DNA from: Hypanus sabinus | Lineage: Eukaryota | NCBI RefSeq assembly: GCF_030144855.1 | Contig: NC_082730.1 | Location: 15,686,001-15,750,000 of the forward strand | Direction of reading: 5' to 3' | DNA: 64,000 nucleotides | Part shown: positions 50,850 through 64,000 of the stretch, in pieces | Layout: each line of letters starts with the position of its first letter | Numbering within the stretch: position 1 is the stretch's first letter | Program-made: the position numbers and the translations under genes | Notes under the pieces: model-generated | The model's input: the letters and a program-made list of their open reading frames with translations, nothing else | Databases searched by the model: none | Told to the model about the DNA's origin: nothing

Positions 50850-52605
50850 TTACTGGTAAATTGTTGGTTGTGGAGAATGCTGCATTGCAACATGCAAGGA
50901 GGAATTTGGCTACATTCCAATTCAGTGTGGTGTGTCCTGCTGACATTGCTCAGAGTGCATTCTTTAGATTCTAGCCAAGCCATTTGTAGCTGGGTGGTAC
51001 GATGCAGATGTAATATGTTTTATTCCATTTATTTTCAGAAATGTTTGAAACTGTTCCACAACAAACTGTGGTCCATTGTCACTGACTAAGTGTTCTAGAC
51101 CACCAGTGCTTGAGAAGAGGCTTCTCAACACATTGACAGTGTGTGAGGCTGTAGTGGAGGCTTTTGGGAACACCTCTAGACACATTGTAACCGCATCCAC
51201 TACTATCAAGAAATTTGTGCCAATGAATGGTCTGTCAACATGAATCGTCTGCCAGGGCAAAGCATGTTATTCCCAGGGATGGAGGGTCCTGCTCTTGGCA
51301 TCTTCTGGACATGTTGGCATCCAGAACAGTGAATGGCAAGCTGCTTGATCTGTCGATCTATCCCAGGCCATCAAATAAAGCTTTCATTTTGACTATGCCT
51401 AGATGACCAACATGTAGTTCATCCAATACTTTAGCTTTCAGCTTGGATTGTAAAACTCTCAATCCCCATCTAAGGCAAACCTTGTGAAGGTCAAGTTCAT
51501 CCTTGCACTGGTAAAAATGGGGCAACTGGAATTTATACTGCACATTCCAACCGTTTTATATTGCAATGTGGAACTGAGACAGTTGGGGTCTTTTCTGATT
51601 TCTGTTTGGATCATCTCTTCCTTTATAGGAAGATTTTCAATTTGCATTTCATCAATGGTTTCAGTTCTAAATATTCCTGCATTACATTCATGATATCAGC
51701 AATGCTCATTTTGGTTAGTTTGGTTGGAGCACATAAACTTCTAAGCATTCTGTATGTTTTTCTACCTATTGCACTCAGCTATGCAGGCCCTTGTTTTATT
51801 GGTTATTTAATTTGCTTCGAAATACTTCTGTTCATTCAGTATACATCATCCAGTAATCTGTTGTGCAATCGAACACTTCTATCTTTCCAATGTCACCAGC
51901 CATTTCGGCTTTTTTTTAAGTTCCAAGTTCAAAGTTTTATTGTGAAAGTACATACAGTATATATGTCACCATATACAACCCTGAGATTCATTTTCTTGTG
52001 GGCATACTCAACAAATCAATAGAATAATAATTATAACACAATGAAAAACATGAAAGACACTCAACTAGGACTTTCAAAGAAATTCAGAAGACAACAAATT
52101 ATGCAAATAGAAGAAGAAACAATAATAATAAATACATAAGCAAAAAATATTGAGAACATGAGATAAAGAGTTTCTGAACGATTGCCATACTTGTTGCTTG
52201 TTAATTTTGTCCATTTAGTGCCTTTTTTTTAACTCAAACCTTTTGTTCCCCTTCTGAAAAGAAATGCCCTGCACTTCTTTCACTCGAATGTCTCTCTCCC
52301 CTTCAGAACAAAAGAAAACTATATTTCAACAGATAGTCGTCTTGGGTTCATTTTAAAACTTCCTCAATGTCACTGTTATGTTTTGTACCTTCAGAATCTA
52401 ATTGAAAGAAAAACACGGAAGCCGGGACATGCTTTATCTACTTAGTTTTTCATTATTGAGGCAATTTCATATGACATTGTGGCATGATGATATAAGCTCT
52501 TCATGTACTTCTTACATATAAACAATAATAAATTATGCAAACAAAGAATACTTAATCAAGCAATAATTAATTATTCAAATATTACTGAAATATTGAATAC
52601 ATTAC
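50850..52605 (-). mobile_element. Second Mag-like Gypsy relic (5' LTR, gag start, RNaseH-integrase)
   Basis: LTR about 52375-52605 (tgttatg...ttaca); gag N-terminus 51690-51900; LHVGHLGIVKMKAL, PWQTIHVD, LVSDNGPQF, YHPATNGLA. Confidence 0.82.
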
Positions 52606-53702
52606 AGTTACAATGGGAAGGTGGCAGACTGAATGTTTTTGCACTAACTTCAGTTGATAAGAAACTAATGCCTTCATGTGAGCAGATAACACTGAGGATT
52701 ATACTGAAGAGAATCACTCTTGGGAGTGTGCCCATCCCAGTTTCCCAGTGGGCAGAGTTACCGCTGAAACTGGGACAAATTACCCCAAAACACATGCACA
52801 ACTATTATTATGTGTGTTTTAAAGATTGCAGTAGACCAAAATCCTTAGCCAAAAATATTCATCTATGTTTACCAACCACTGTTCTGTGATGGTTAAGAAG
52901 TACTAAATCAATTAGTGTAGTCACTATGAATGGAGAAACAGTTAAAATGTGGACAATGTTTTTATTATAACAGACAAATGAATTGCACTGAGGATAGATA
53001 ATAATGTCTCTTTGTCGCCATCTATCAACACAGGATCGCCTCAAGCATGCAAATCTCTCTGTTCTACTCTCTATAAAGATTCAAACTACATTCAGATTTG
53101 TCTTCTTACAGGCAGCCATAAAGCAAGAAACCCAAAAAAAGAATTTTAAATTTTAAAAGAGACCAGCACCCAATGAACAGAGAAAGAGAAAAAGCACAAA
53201 TCATGCAAACAATAGAAGCAAGCAGCAGCATTCTGAAACAAACAGAGTCCTTTGATCCGAATCCCCAGAGCAGGCCCTAAGCCTCAGTCTCAGTTCACCA
53301 TATTAGTGGGGCAAATTGCTGCGAAGCTCACAAACACAAAGCACAACAGCTGGGGCCATCTCACAGCCTCAGCGCCATGGAGAGAGGAGTGAATATCGTA
53401 TAAGAGTGAGCAAAATTGGCCTGAGCCTTTCTTCCAGTCCCGACACATTGCCCTTCCAGCCTTTCCGGGTTAGAGGTTAAATTGGCCAAACAGCAGAGCA
53501 TGCCTTGCATTAGGACCCGGGCCCCACCGGAAGAATTCGCTTAGAGCAACATAATCTCATCCCCACATTGGGGAAATTGACTGTTTTTGAGCCTGATGGT
53601 CCTGGTGTGGATGCTACGTAGCCACCTCCCTGATGGAAATGAGACAAGTAGTCCATAAGCAGAGTGGGGAGTGTGTTCCCTCATGATAGTGCTGGCCATT
53701 TT

Positions 53703-54090
53703 CACTTAGTCAGTGACAATGAACCACAGTTTGTTGTCGAACAGTTTCAACCATTCCAGAAAATAAATGGAATAAAACATATTACATCTGCATCGTACCA
53801 CCCAGCTACAAAGAGCTTGGCTAAAATCTAAAGAATGCACTCCGAGCAATGTCAGCAGGACACACCACACTGAATTGGAAGGTAGCCAAATTCCTCCTTG
53901 CATGTTGCAATGCAGCATTCTCCACAACCAACAATTTACCAGCAGTGCTGTTCCTGGGTCGTCCCTTGTGCTCACACTTGGATCTCCTCAAAACCCAATC
54001 TCAAAAGGAGTATGCAGGACAAACAGCCAAGACAAATTCAGGCTCTTTAAGCAAGGAGGTTCATGGTTTCACTCCTAGACAAGCAATAAG
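53703..54090 (+). mobile_element. Inverted copy of the Mag-like integrase segment
   Basis: About 240 bp nearly identical to the reverse complement of 50850-51092. Confidence 0.85.
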
Positions 54091-54544
54091 GCTGATCAAT
54101 TACTTCATGCTCTAACCCACTCCACCACCAGCACTTTATCACTCACTGTCAGAGTCATCTTATGTACACACACTCCTGTACCTAGTGTCACTGCATGTAC
54201 ATATAATCTATGTATATAAGCTATCTTATGTATTTATATTTTTTATTATTGTATTCTTTACCTTACTGTGTTTTTTTTGTACTGCATTGCATCCAGAGTA
54301 ACAATTATTTTGTTCTCCTTTACACATGTGTACTTGAAATAACATTAAAAAAGCATGACCCTTCAATCTTGAGGACAAACTCACTGTTCTCCAAGAATTA
54401 AGATGTGGAGGTGACAGAAATACAAGAACAGGAATAGACAATCCAATCTATAACCATGTATTTAACCAGAAGAGAAAATTACATTTCAGAAGTGTCTACA
54501 GAAATGCATACATTTTATGCATTCTGAATCCTCAAGTAAATAAC

Positions 54545-54760
54545 ATCATGTTTTGTAATTTCAAAACATTAAACTAATTTAAAGGAAGACATAGGAGTCT
54601 AAAATATAGGACTAACCTGGTTCACTTTAAGCACATATCACATGATAGTGTAATGATATATGTAATTCATGTATTTGTATATATAACCCATAATAAATTA
54701 TTTAAAGAACAAGAATGCTTAACCAACCAATATATAAACAAGATTACTCAAATTTACAAC
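54545..54760 (-). mobile_element. Mag-like LTR relic
   Basis: Homologous to 52375-52605 and 45540-45633 (aagaatgcttaa...tacaaca). Confidence 0.6.
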
Positions 54761-54799
54761 AAACATTCTCATCAGTTTTGATTTGCGCAATATACTCAG

Positions 54800-55140
54800 C
54801 AAGTCATGCAATATCAATGGAGGAGAATAAATAGTCAATTTTTCATACTGAGACCCTTTGTCTCAGTATGGAAAGGAAGGGAGCAGAAGCCAGAGTAAGA
54901 AAGTGGGTGAAGAGGATGGAGTACAAGCTGGAAAGTGATAGGTGAAACCTGGTGAGGGGAAATGAAGGTGGTTAGGGGAGGAGATAGGATGAAGTGAGAA
55001 GCTGGGAGATGATAGGTAAAAAAGATAGTGGGCTGAAGAAGAAGGAATCTGATAGGAGAGGATAGTGGACCATGGAAGAAAGTGAAGCAGGAGGGGTAGC
55101 AGAGGGAGAAGGGAAGAGGGGAGCCAGAAAGGAGAATGGA
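54800..55140 (-). mobile_element. Penelope-like 3' and terminal-repeat fragment
   Basis: Purine-rich reverse complement of the 49330-49620 type sequence. Confidence 0.7.
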
Positions 55141-55909
55141 TTTGTGAGCAATCTGCTGATCAGTGGTGTGCCATAGTTATAATGGTGAACCATCTCCTTA
55201 TAAATTTCTCATGACTGTTTGAAAACATTCAAGGCCAAGGTGAGTACAAAAAAGCAGAACTGAAGTTTGACTCTTCATGACAACCAAGTAATTCACCTCC
55301 TGAGCAGTCCAAGTACTCTCAGATCAGATTCAGATTTATTTATCACGTACATCAAAGCATATGGTGAAATGCACCACCTGCATGAACAACCAACACAGCC
55401 AAGGATGTGCTAGCGACAGGCCACAACTGTCCCCACACATTCCAGCACCAACATAGTATGCCAAAAATGTTCTGCAGAAAACAAGCAGCAACAATGACCA
55501 CAACAACAAAGCAGATCAAAAGCAGCAAAACAAGCCCCTTTCCCACTCTCTCAATTTCTAATTACATGTCTTCTAACTTGGAATTGCATTTTGTTCAGTG
55601 GAGCCCTTACTGAGACAATGGCATAGTTACAATCCTGATTAATCAGTGTGAGACTGATATGCAGAATCAAGTTGCTTTAGTCGAACAATACACACTATGT
55701 TCCTCAAACTTTCAAATTCAAGATTATTGTCATAGGCATACATACCCAGGGTATAAATGTCACAAAAATTAGCTTTTTGCAGCAGCAGCAGCACAGTGCA
55801 TTACAGATACGAAAAAGGATTTTGTTACAAACTGCATGATTCCCAGCTGAGTTTAACACATCTGTACATTGAGTAAATATAATTATCATTGATAAATGTT
55901 AGTATATAG

Positions 55910-56268
55910 AAACATAGAAAACCTATAGCACAATACAGGCCCTTCGACCCACAAAGTCGTGCCGAACAATTTCCTACCTTAGAAATTACTAGGCTTACCT
56001 ATAGCCCTCTAATTTACTAAACTCCATGTACCTATCTAAAAGTCTCTTAAAAGACCCTATCGTATCTGCCTCTACCACTGTTGCTGGCAGCCCATTCCAC
56101 GCACTCACCACTCTTTGAGTAAAAAACTTACCCCTGATATCTCCTCTGTACCTGCTCCCCAGCACCTTCAACCTGCGTCCTCTTGTGTCAACCATTTCAG
56201 CCCTGGGAAAAAGCCTCCGACTATTCACACAATCAATGCCTCTCATCATCTTATACACCTCTATCAGG
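55910..56268 (-). mobile_element. CR1 LINE 3' end
   Basis: LIEVYKMMRGID...FFTQRVVSAWNGLP; tagaaacatagaaa tail. Confidence 0.9.
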
Positions 56269-57025
56269 TGTATAAGATACATATGCTTGCTATTTGTATG
56301 TGCTAAGTGTGCTTTGTGCTGCGTGTGACTATTGGCACATTGGTCCTGGAGTAACGCTGTCTCATTTGGCTGTATTCATGCATGGTTGAATGACAATTAA
56401 ACTTGATTTGAATTGAATTGAATTGATTTCTCTGTCTACCTCATTGAGGCTCGTGGATCCTATTTATTTATCTGCACTGTACGTTCTCAGTAAATGTAAC
56501 ACAACATTTTGCATTTCCCTTTGTACTACCTTGATAAATTTTTGACTGGAATGATCTATCTGGATGGCATGCTAAACAATGTTTATCACTTCATCTTGCT
56601 ACAGAAGACAATAGCAAGCCACTAAAGAGCTGGACTGCTATTCACTCTCAATAGACAATACTTGAAAGAATTAAAAATTAAAAGCTGTTAATGGTATAGA
56701 AATTTATTTTATTTATTTATTGAGATAGAGTATAGAACAGGCCCTTCCAGACCTTCGAGCCATGTCACCCAGCAATCCTCCAATTTAATCTTAGCCCAAT
56801 CACAGGACAATTCACAATGGCCAATTAACCTACCAAAATGGGAGGAAACCCATGCGGTCTCAGGAAGTACATACAAACTCCTTACAGGCAGTGGTAGGAA
56901 TTAAACCTGTGTCTCTGGTACCGTAAACCGTTGTGCTAACCACTGCGCTACCATACCGCTAAATGCTTGAAAGAAAATTACTTAACATGAAGTGCTATAT
57001 TCAAAAGCTTCTTCCTCAGTCATCT

Positions 57026-57765
57026 CAAGTCAACTTTTATTGTCATTTTGACCATAACTGCTGGTACAGTGCATAGTAAAAATGAGAAAACGTTTTTCAG
57101 GACCATGGTTTACATGACACAGTACAAAAAACTAGATTGAACTACATAATAAAAAAAAACACAGAGAAAGCTATACTAGACTACAGACCTACACTGGACT
57201 GCATAAAGTGCACAAAAACAGTGCAGGCATTACAATAAATAATAAGCAGGACAGTAGGGCAAGGTGTCAGTCCAGGCTTCGGGTATTGAGGAGTCTGATA
57301 GCTTGGGGGAAGAAACTGTTATATAGTCTGGTCGTGAGAGCCCGAATGCTTTGGAGCCTTTTCCCAGACGGCAGAAGGAGAAGAGATTGTATGAGGGGTC
57401 CATGGGGTCCTTCATAATGCTGTTTCCTTTGCGGATGCAGCGTGTAGTGTAAATGTCCATGATGGCGGGAAGAGAGACCCCAATGACCTTCTCAGCTGAC
57501 CTCACTATCCACTGCAGGGTCTTGCGATTCAAGATGGTGCAATTTCCAAACCAGGCAGTGATGCAGCTGCTCAGGATGCTCTTGACACAACCCCTGTAGA
57601 ATGTGATGAGGATGGGGGGTGGGAGATGGACTTTCCTCAGCCTTCGCAAAAAGTAGAGACGCTGCTGGGCTTTCTTTGCTATGGAGCTGGTGTTGAGGGA
57701 CCAGGTGAGATTCTCCGTCAGGTGAACACCAAGAAATTTGGTGCTCTTTACAACCTCTACCGAGG
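57026..57765 (-). mobile_element. Rex1/Babar LINE 3' fragment
   Basis: [21 protein letters not shown]...; closely similar to 38300-38858. Confidence 0.87.
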
Positions 57766-60700
57766 AGCCATCTGATTTCTAAATGGATATTGAATGCTTG
57801 AACACTACCTCTCTACTTTTTTATTTTTTTTTTTTGCACTTATTATTTAATTTATCTATTTAATATATGTATTCATAATGTGATTCACAGATTTTTCTCT
57901 ATTATTATATATTTCAATGTACTGTTGCCACAAAATTAACAAATTTCATGACTTATGCCAGTGATATTAAAACTGATTCTGATTCTGAAATGCATCTAAA
58001 TACATTTAAATCAATTCAATAAAATAAAGAAATCAGCTGGTACTCGCAATCTCCTTCAAAGAGCATCTTTATCAGTCTGCACCAGGCAATTCTAACCTTT
58101 TTTATTGCATGGACCAATACCATTAAGCAAGCACTCTATGAACCCCAGGTTGGGAACTTCTGCTCTTCAGTGACAGGACACTCAAGATATCCAATGAGGC
58201 AATGCAATAGTCCCATCAGGAGCAATCAATGAAGCAGAAGTTCTTGTTTCCACCTATGTTCAGGAGTTCCAACTTATAAATACTTATGTAAGTAAAATCA
58301 AGCAATACACGGCCGAGTTCCCCATGGTTTATTGACATATTGATTCAATCCACCTTGAAGTCTTACTTACCATGAGCTTAATAAATGATGGAACAGGTCT
58401 GAATGGCTTACTCCCCTGTCTAATACTTAAGCCGGTATGTTTGTAAGAGCAGAAGGAGCCAAAAGCGGTTATTATGTTGAAGAAAAAATTAGCAGTGTTT
58501 GTTTTCAGTGGTTTGGACCAGAGCTTGTTTACTTACACCTTCATGCAAGCAAAAGATCAATATCCTTCACCACTGGAAACATTTACTGGCAAAAGCCACA
58601 CACTTAGTGCAGAGTGGAACTATGGCATTCTCTGCTAACTGTGGTATGCTCTGCTGTTTGGAGGCTGGTTTCTGTTGTCAGGCTGGGAGTGTGTTAAAGC
58701 AAACCCATTGAGAAAGCAACACCAGAAAAGTGGAAAAGGAGAAGACTGAGTTTCTGGCCCTGATGTAACTTCCCCATTGTTAGGGAAGGATGTGAACCTA
58801 CAGTTAAGAAGAATCTTTCAGTGGCACTAGACCAAGAAAAGTTCAGTCACATTTGTAGGCATTTGTTCCAGGAAGACACATCTTCATGCAGTCTCATACT
58901 TTGCATTTTTGATAAATCACACATTCAAATGCTGTTGTTTGGATCCAAAAGGCACCATTGCATTGATCCATCACTTGCATGATTTCTTGCCCAATAATGT
59001 ACACAGACTCCTGGTCAGACAACACCTCCAGATACAAATTCTCATCTACCTTGTCAAACTGATTTCTAGCTTTATTAATTATATTTTTCTGTGATCTATC
59101 CAGCCCAACTATACTACATGATCTCCTCTACTTCAGGCCACTATTACATCCCTTCACCCTCACTTTATCTCCCTGTGTCTCAATAGTGACTGAACATAAA
59201 ATTACATGTTCTTTGACTTCTGTATTGTAAGGAGACACTTGAACACACACTGTGTAGAAGTTACAGCAAGGCAATGGTTAAGATAATGTCCAGGTTATAG
59301 ATAGTGTACTGTCAACCCAGGCAAATGAGGCCTTTGAGGAAAAGTCTTTGAAGAGAATAGCTTCGCTTTGCACAGCACAGAACCAAAGCTATTTGGCATC
59401 CCAAGACAAGGATACAAATGAAGGAGTTTAGAGCAACTTTATTTCATACTTTATTAATTCTAAAGTATTATTGGCTTTTAATGAGTAGATTATATTGGTT
59501 ATTAAAACTTAAATTGTTGTAGTGTGATTGGTGATTGATCATGCAAATAAGCAATTTGAATATACACAAGGTTACCAATTGGTCAATATTTACGACCAAT
59601 TAATCAATTCTGTACAAAATTGGCATTTCTCTGTGCTATTCAGACTTGTACTTGTGCACAAGTAAATAAAGTGTGATTGAGGAATGAGCTCGAGTTCCAG
59701 AGTCCATTTAATCAGTGACCACAATAGCACTTGGCCCTGATCAATGGAACGACTGAACAAGCATTTTGAGAACCCCAGAGGGATGTTAGTCGGCATCTTA
59801 GCACCAGTTTTCCAGGATCTATCTGATATGGCTCTCCACTCCAGTAACTCGAGCAGTATTCTCTACAGCTGCTGAAGAAACAAATTGTCTCCAAGGACAC
59901 TAGTGCTTTGTATATGATTACAGATGCGGTGAAGCTGTCACACACAATACTTAAACTTCCTAAGTCTCATTTCCGAATTAGGAGGAAGACAATAGGAAAG
60001 AAGTAATCTTCCTTTTTCCTTTACCTGAACTTCCATCATTATATATATTTATTTACTGTGACTTACAGTTTTTATTATGTATTGCAAAGTACTGCAACTG
60101 CATAATAACAAATTTCATGACATATACCAGTGATATTAAACCGATTCTGATTTTGATTCTAATTCTGATTCTGATCATTTCAAAATTGCCATACTTCTTG
60201 AGACCTGGAAAATGTTCAATGGTTGAAACAAGAATCTATGAAAATCAATCATTTAAATGCATCATATTCCATATAAATTTAGTCACATGTTCAAATTTAA
60301 AATTGTTTTGCTGTAATTATCTGTCTACGTCTCTAGTAATATTAAATAGCTGCACATATTTACAGAATAATATTCCGTTAATAAAGATGCTTCTGAATGT
60401 TTTGAGATAACGGAGTTTCTTCCAAGAATATTACTATCCCACAAAAGCAAAGCTCAGGAAAAGTCTGAAGTCAGAGGCTATATTTGGATTTTGAAATTAA
60501 TTTCACTGCAATACTCACAAAATTCAACAGATGGAGTTAATCAGCCAGGAGACATTTTACTCTAAACTTGAAGTTAGTTCATTTTAACCTATATTAATTT
60601 TTATTGCCTGTTTTTTGCACTTAGAGTAAACAGGTGGGTAATGGGCTAAAGATATGTCTCTATTAAATGAAGTGTAAAGCACATCTTCCCTCCACCAGCT

Positions 60701-62609
60701 AGCCAGTAGCTCACCCTTGGGTAAGGTGTAGCACCTGTAAAATCATTATATAAATATTTTAAGCATTTACAGTATGTCTATAAATTGTCATTTAATCATT
60801 CAGTTTAACTATCATGAATGCCTATATTTCAAAAAGTGTAAACTTCACTAACAACTTTGATGAAAGCAAAGTTTGCCTCCCACTTTACCCCTTGTAGATT
60901 GAGAAGCCTACGCCCATCTGGCCCAGATCAGATTGGTGCAGTGAGAGTAGTTTGTGAGAGGTGTTCAATAACGACAGTTAAAGCCTACTGTATTCGCATG
61001 GTCTGCCATCACAATGAGAAATTATGGGATAATTGCATCAGTGGACTTTGTTGCTAAGAACAGCCTGGAAATGAAGTATTGCAATTCATTCCAAGGAAGA
61101 ACCTGATTTACTGCTAGGAATTGAATAACATCAAAATCAGAATCCAGTTTAATATCAGCAGCATATATCATGAAATTTGTTAAAATTGCACTAAATCACA
61201 TCACTCAAAATGACATGCTATTCATTAACTTTCTTATATTGATAGTGAATGATCAGCCATGATCTCAGAATGGCGGTGCAGACTCGAGGGGCCGAATGGT
61301 CTACTTCTGCACCTATTGTCTATTGTCTACTTTGTAGCTAATAGTAAAGAATTTGGCAAGTACAGATGTCAGTCTAATCTGTATTACAAATCCTATTTCT
61401 ACCAATAAGCAAGGTAGTATAATGTTTTTTCAAACTGTGACACCACTGTGATATAATCACAACCGATTTCCTTTACAAGATAGACATAGAGGAAAACTTA
61501 GTGATACCTGGGGAGATATAAATGTGCAGACAGCAGATGCCACTGCTGGCAGTAAAGAACACCAGGACAGTGATAACTGTGTCTCGGCATTTCTACAAGC
61601 AACATGACGCAGAATATGAAACCACTGGAGACCGAGTGCATTTCCACAACGGCTTTACACTTGTTGGCTGCCTTTTAATACAAAGTGGAGGAAATCTATT
61701 ACAGGTCCATCCCAGCAAATCATTATCAAAATTCTCCATTTTATATGCAGAGCTATGAAATGTCCCCTCATTCTCATCTTGCTTAACCAGGTTTCTTAGA
61801 GGCAGTCGAAAGAGCAGGCAGCAGTGAAGCACCAGATATAATTTATATATAATTTTAAAGGACATCATTAAGATGCTTCATGATTGACTAATAAGGTAAG
61901 AGCATGAGCAACAAGGGATCGAATTGCAAAACAGAGAGCAAGCTGACTTCAATTCAGAAATTAAAGAGTGGGAGGAAAGAGAATGATGATAACATCGACT
62001 CAAGCCTGAGAGGAAAGGGAAGTTATTCCCGTAATTATGGCCCCGTCAGTCTGAATATCTGTCCTGAACACAATATTGCAGGTATGATTTCACCACCACG
62101 CAATATATTTTCAATAAGACATATCTAATATTATCCAGCTATAAAATCTAATGTACCATCCCCCTTGCACATTCTCCATTGTAGATCACTTAAATCTCTT
62201 CTGAAAATAATACCATTTAGCTCCTTTTATTTAAAAAATACATTTTCTGTCCTTTTTTTCTACCAAGACTGCATATTTTTCCACATTAAACTCTATCTGC
62301 TACATCTAAGTCCATCATCACAGTGTATGTATGCTGGCAGGTACTGGTTGAGCTCACTGGGCTTCTTTGTCACTTTTATCCTATAGAATTGCATGTAATT
62401 GTTAGAATCAAAACTACCCTGTGATTTTGGTAATCTAAGGATAAGGAATTCCACTTCATTGACAACTCATCCACCAACATACGTCCACTTTCCCCCATTA
62501 TCAGTAAAATTAGTCAATTGGTTTATTGATGTCATATGTACTGAGGTAAAAAACCTCATGGTGCCTGCCACTCAGACAAATCATTTAACTACATCAGCTA
62601 TATTGAGAC

Positions 62610-62865
62610 AGTTTGGATGGCGGTGTAAAGATACGTCTCTACCAAGGGAGGTGTAAAGTGCTCCTTCCCTCCACTAGCCTGCAGGTCATCCTTGGGCAAG
62701 GTGTAGCACTTGCTTAGACCCCTGATCAGGGTCACATGAAGCTACGGCAGCAGGTGGTGGATGGTCATACCATATCACAAGCCCTGGTTATGCGACCACT
62801 GATGCCAGGCAGACAGTCTCTGAAGAGTATTGCTAATGGCTGGGATCACCCATCTTGTAAAATCA
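62610..62865 (+). mobile_element. Possible RTE-type LINE 5' UTR fragment (shorter copy at about 60670-60740)
   Basis: Repeated ccttgggcaaggtgtagcac motif; family assignment is from recollection only. Confidence 0.35.
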
Positions 62866-63689
62866 AAAGAAATTTCTATAGAATTGCAGTGCAGGTGTAG
62901 GCTTTCACATATGAAACAGCAGAGGCATTTTAAGTTTAAGAAAAACCATAGCAACTCATTTATTGTAATCCAAGCACTGAACACAAAGCGTGGTAAAAGT
63001 AATCACATAATTATGTCATCACATCAGAAAAGCCTCTTAAAGTGAACCCCAAATCAATGTCAGTGCCTGTGAATTATGTATATTCCCACCAACTACATTA
63101 CTCTACACAGGCAGACAATAAGGTGCAAGGTCACAATGGAGCAGATTGTGAGGTTGAAAATCCATCTTGGAATTAGAATTGGTATTGGTTTATTAATGTC
63201 ACATGTACTGAGGTACAGTGAGATGCTTGTCTTGCATAGTGTTCATGCAGATCAAATCATTACATAGCACATTGAGGTAGAACAAGATAAAACAATAACA
63301 GAATTCAGAATAAAGTGTAACAATTACAGAGAAAGTACAGTGCAGGTAGACAGCAAGGTGCAAAATCATAACAAGGTTGATTGTTAAAGTTCTATCTTAT
63401 CATACTAGGGAACCATTCAACAGCCTTATAACAATAGGTAAAAGCTGTCTTTGACTGTGGTGGTAGGTGCTTTCAGGCTTTTGTACCTTCTATCCAATGG
63501 GAGAGTGGAGAGGAGAGAATGTCTGGGGTGGGAGGGTTTTTATGTAGGCATATTTAAGGAAGCAGCAAGAAGTGTAGAGTCTATGAAAGGGAGGTTTGTT
63601 TTTGTGTTGTGCTGAGCTGTGTCCACAACTCCTTTGCAGTAATAGGCAAAGCAGTAGTCATACCAAGCTGTGATATATCCAGATAGAAT

Positions 63690-63975
63690 TTTTCACGGCT
63701 GAAATGGCTAACATGAGGGACATTGTTTTAAGGTGCTTGGAAGTAGATACAGAAGGGATGTCAGGGGTAAATTTTTCTTACAGAGAGTGGTGGGTGCATG
63801 GAGGTGGATACAATAGGGTCTTTTAAGAGACTTAGATAGTTAGATGGAGCTTAGAAAAATAGAGGACTGTGCAGGAGGGTAAATCTAGGTAGTTTCTAGA
63901 GTAGGTTACATGGCCAGCACAACATTATGGGCCAAAGGGTCTATAATGTGCTGTAGATTTCTATCTTCCATGTTC
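63690..63975 (+). mobile_element. CR1 LINE 3' end
   Basis: Reverse-complement homolog of 55910-56200 (ggtgcttggaagtagatacaga...). Confidence 0.85.
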
Positions 63976-64000
63976 TATTTTCTATGGTGTATCAATAAAA

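Overview
Repeat-dense vertebrate genomic DNA; the repeat families suggest a cartilaginous fish, probably a ray (inference). The host content is a + strand cluster of Ig-superfamily receptor genes. It comprises the last two exons of an inhibitory receptor with three ITIM-like motifs (2611-4566) and two tandemly duplicated, pseudogenised genes (about 9.9-24.2 kb and 28.6-36.2 kb). Each pseudogene has a CD300/pIgR-type V exon, an FcR/FcRL-type C2 exon, a stalk exon, a putative 12-nt microexon, and a TM/short-tail exon that carries Arg in copy 1. The rest is mostly nested transposons: a Gmr1-type Gypsy (tRNA-Pro PBS, protease followed directly by integrase), a near full-length L1 with a 15-bp TSD, many CR1, Rex1/Babar and Penelope pieces, a Tf1/sushi-type chromovirus with a self-priming signature and nested Tigger and Rex1 insertions, a Tc1 with an intact DD34E transposase, and several Mag-like Gypsy relics. 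The most unusual object is a Mag-like Gypsy (45538-48251, minus strand) whose RT-RNaseH-integrase core is replaced by a co-oriented, intronless internal fragment of host RBM25 mRNA. All identities and percentages are hand alignments; no database searches were run.
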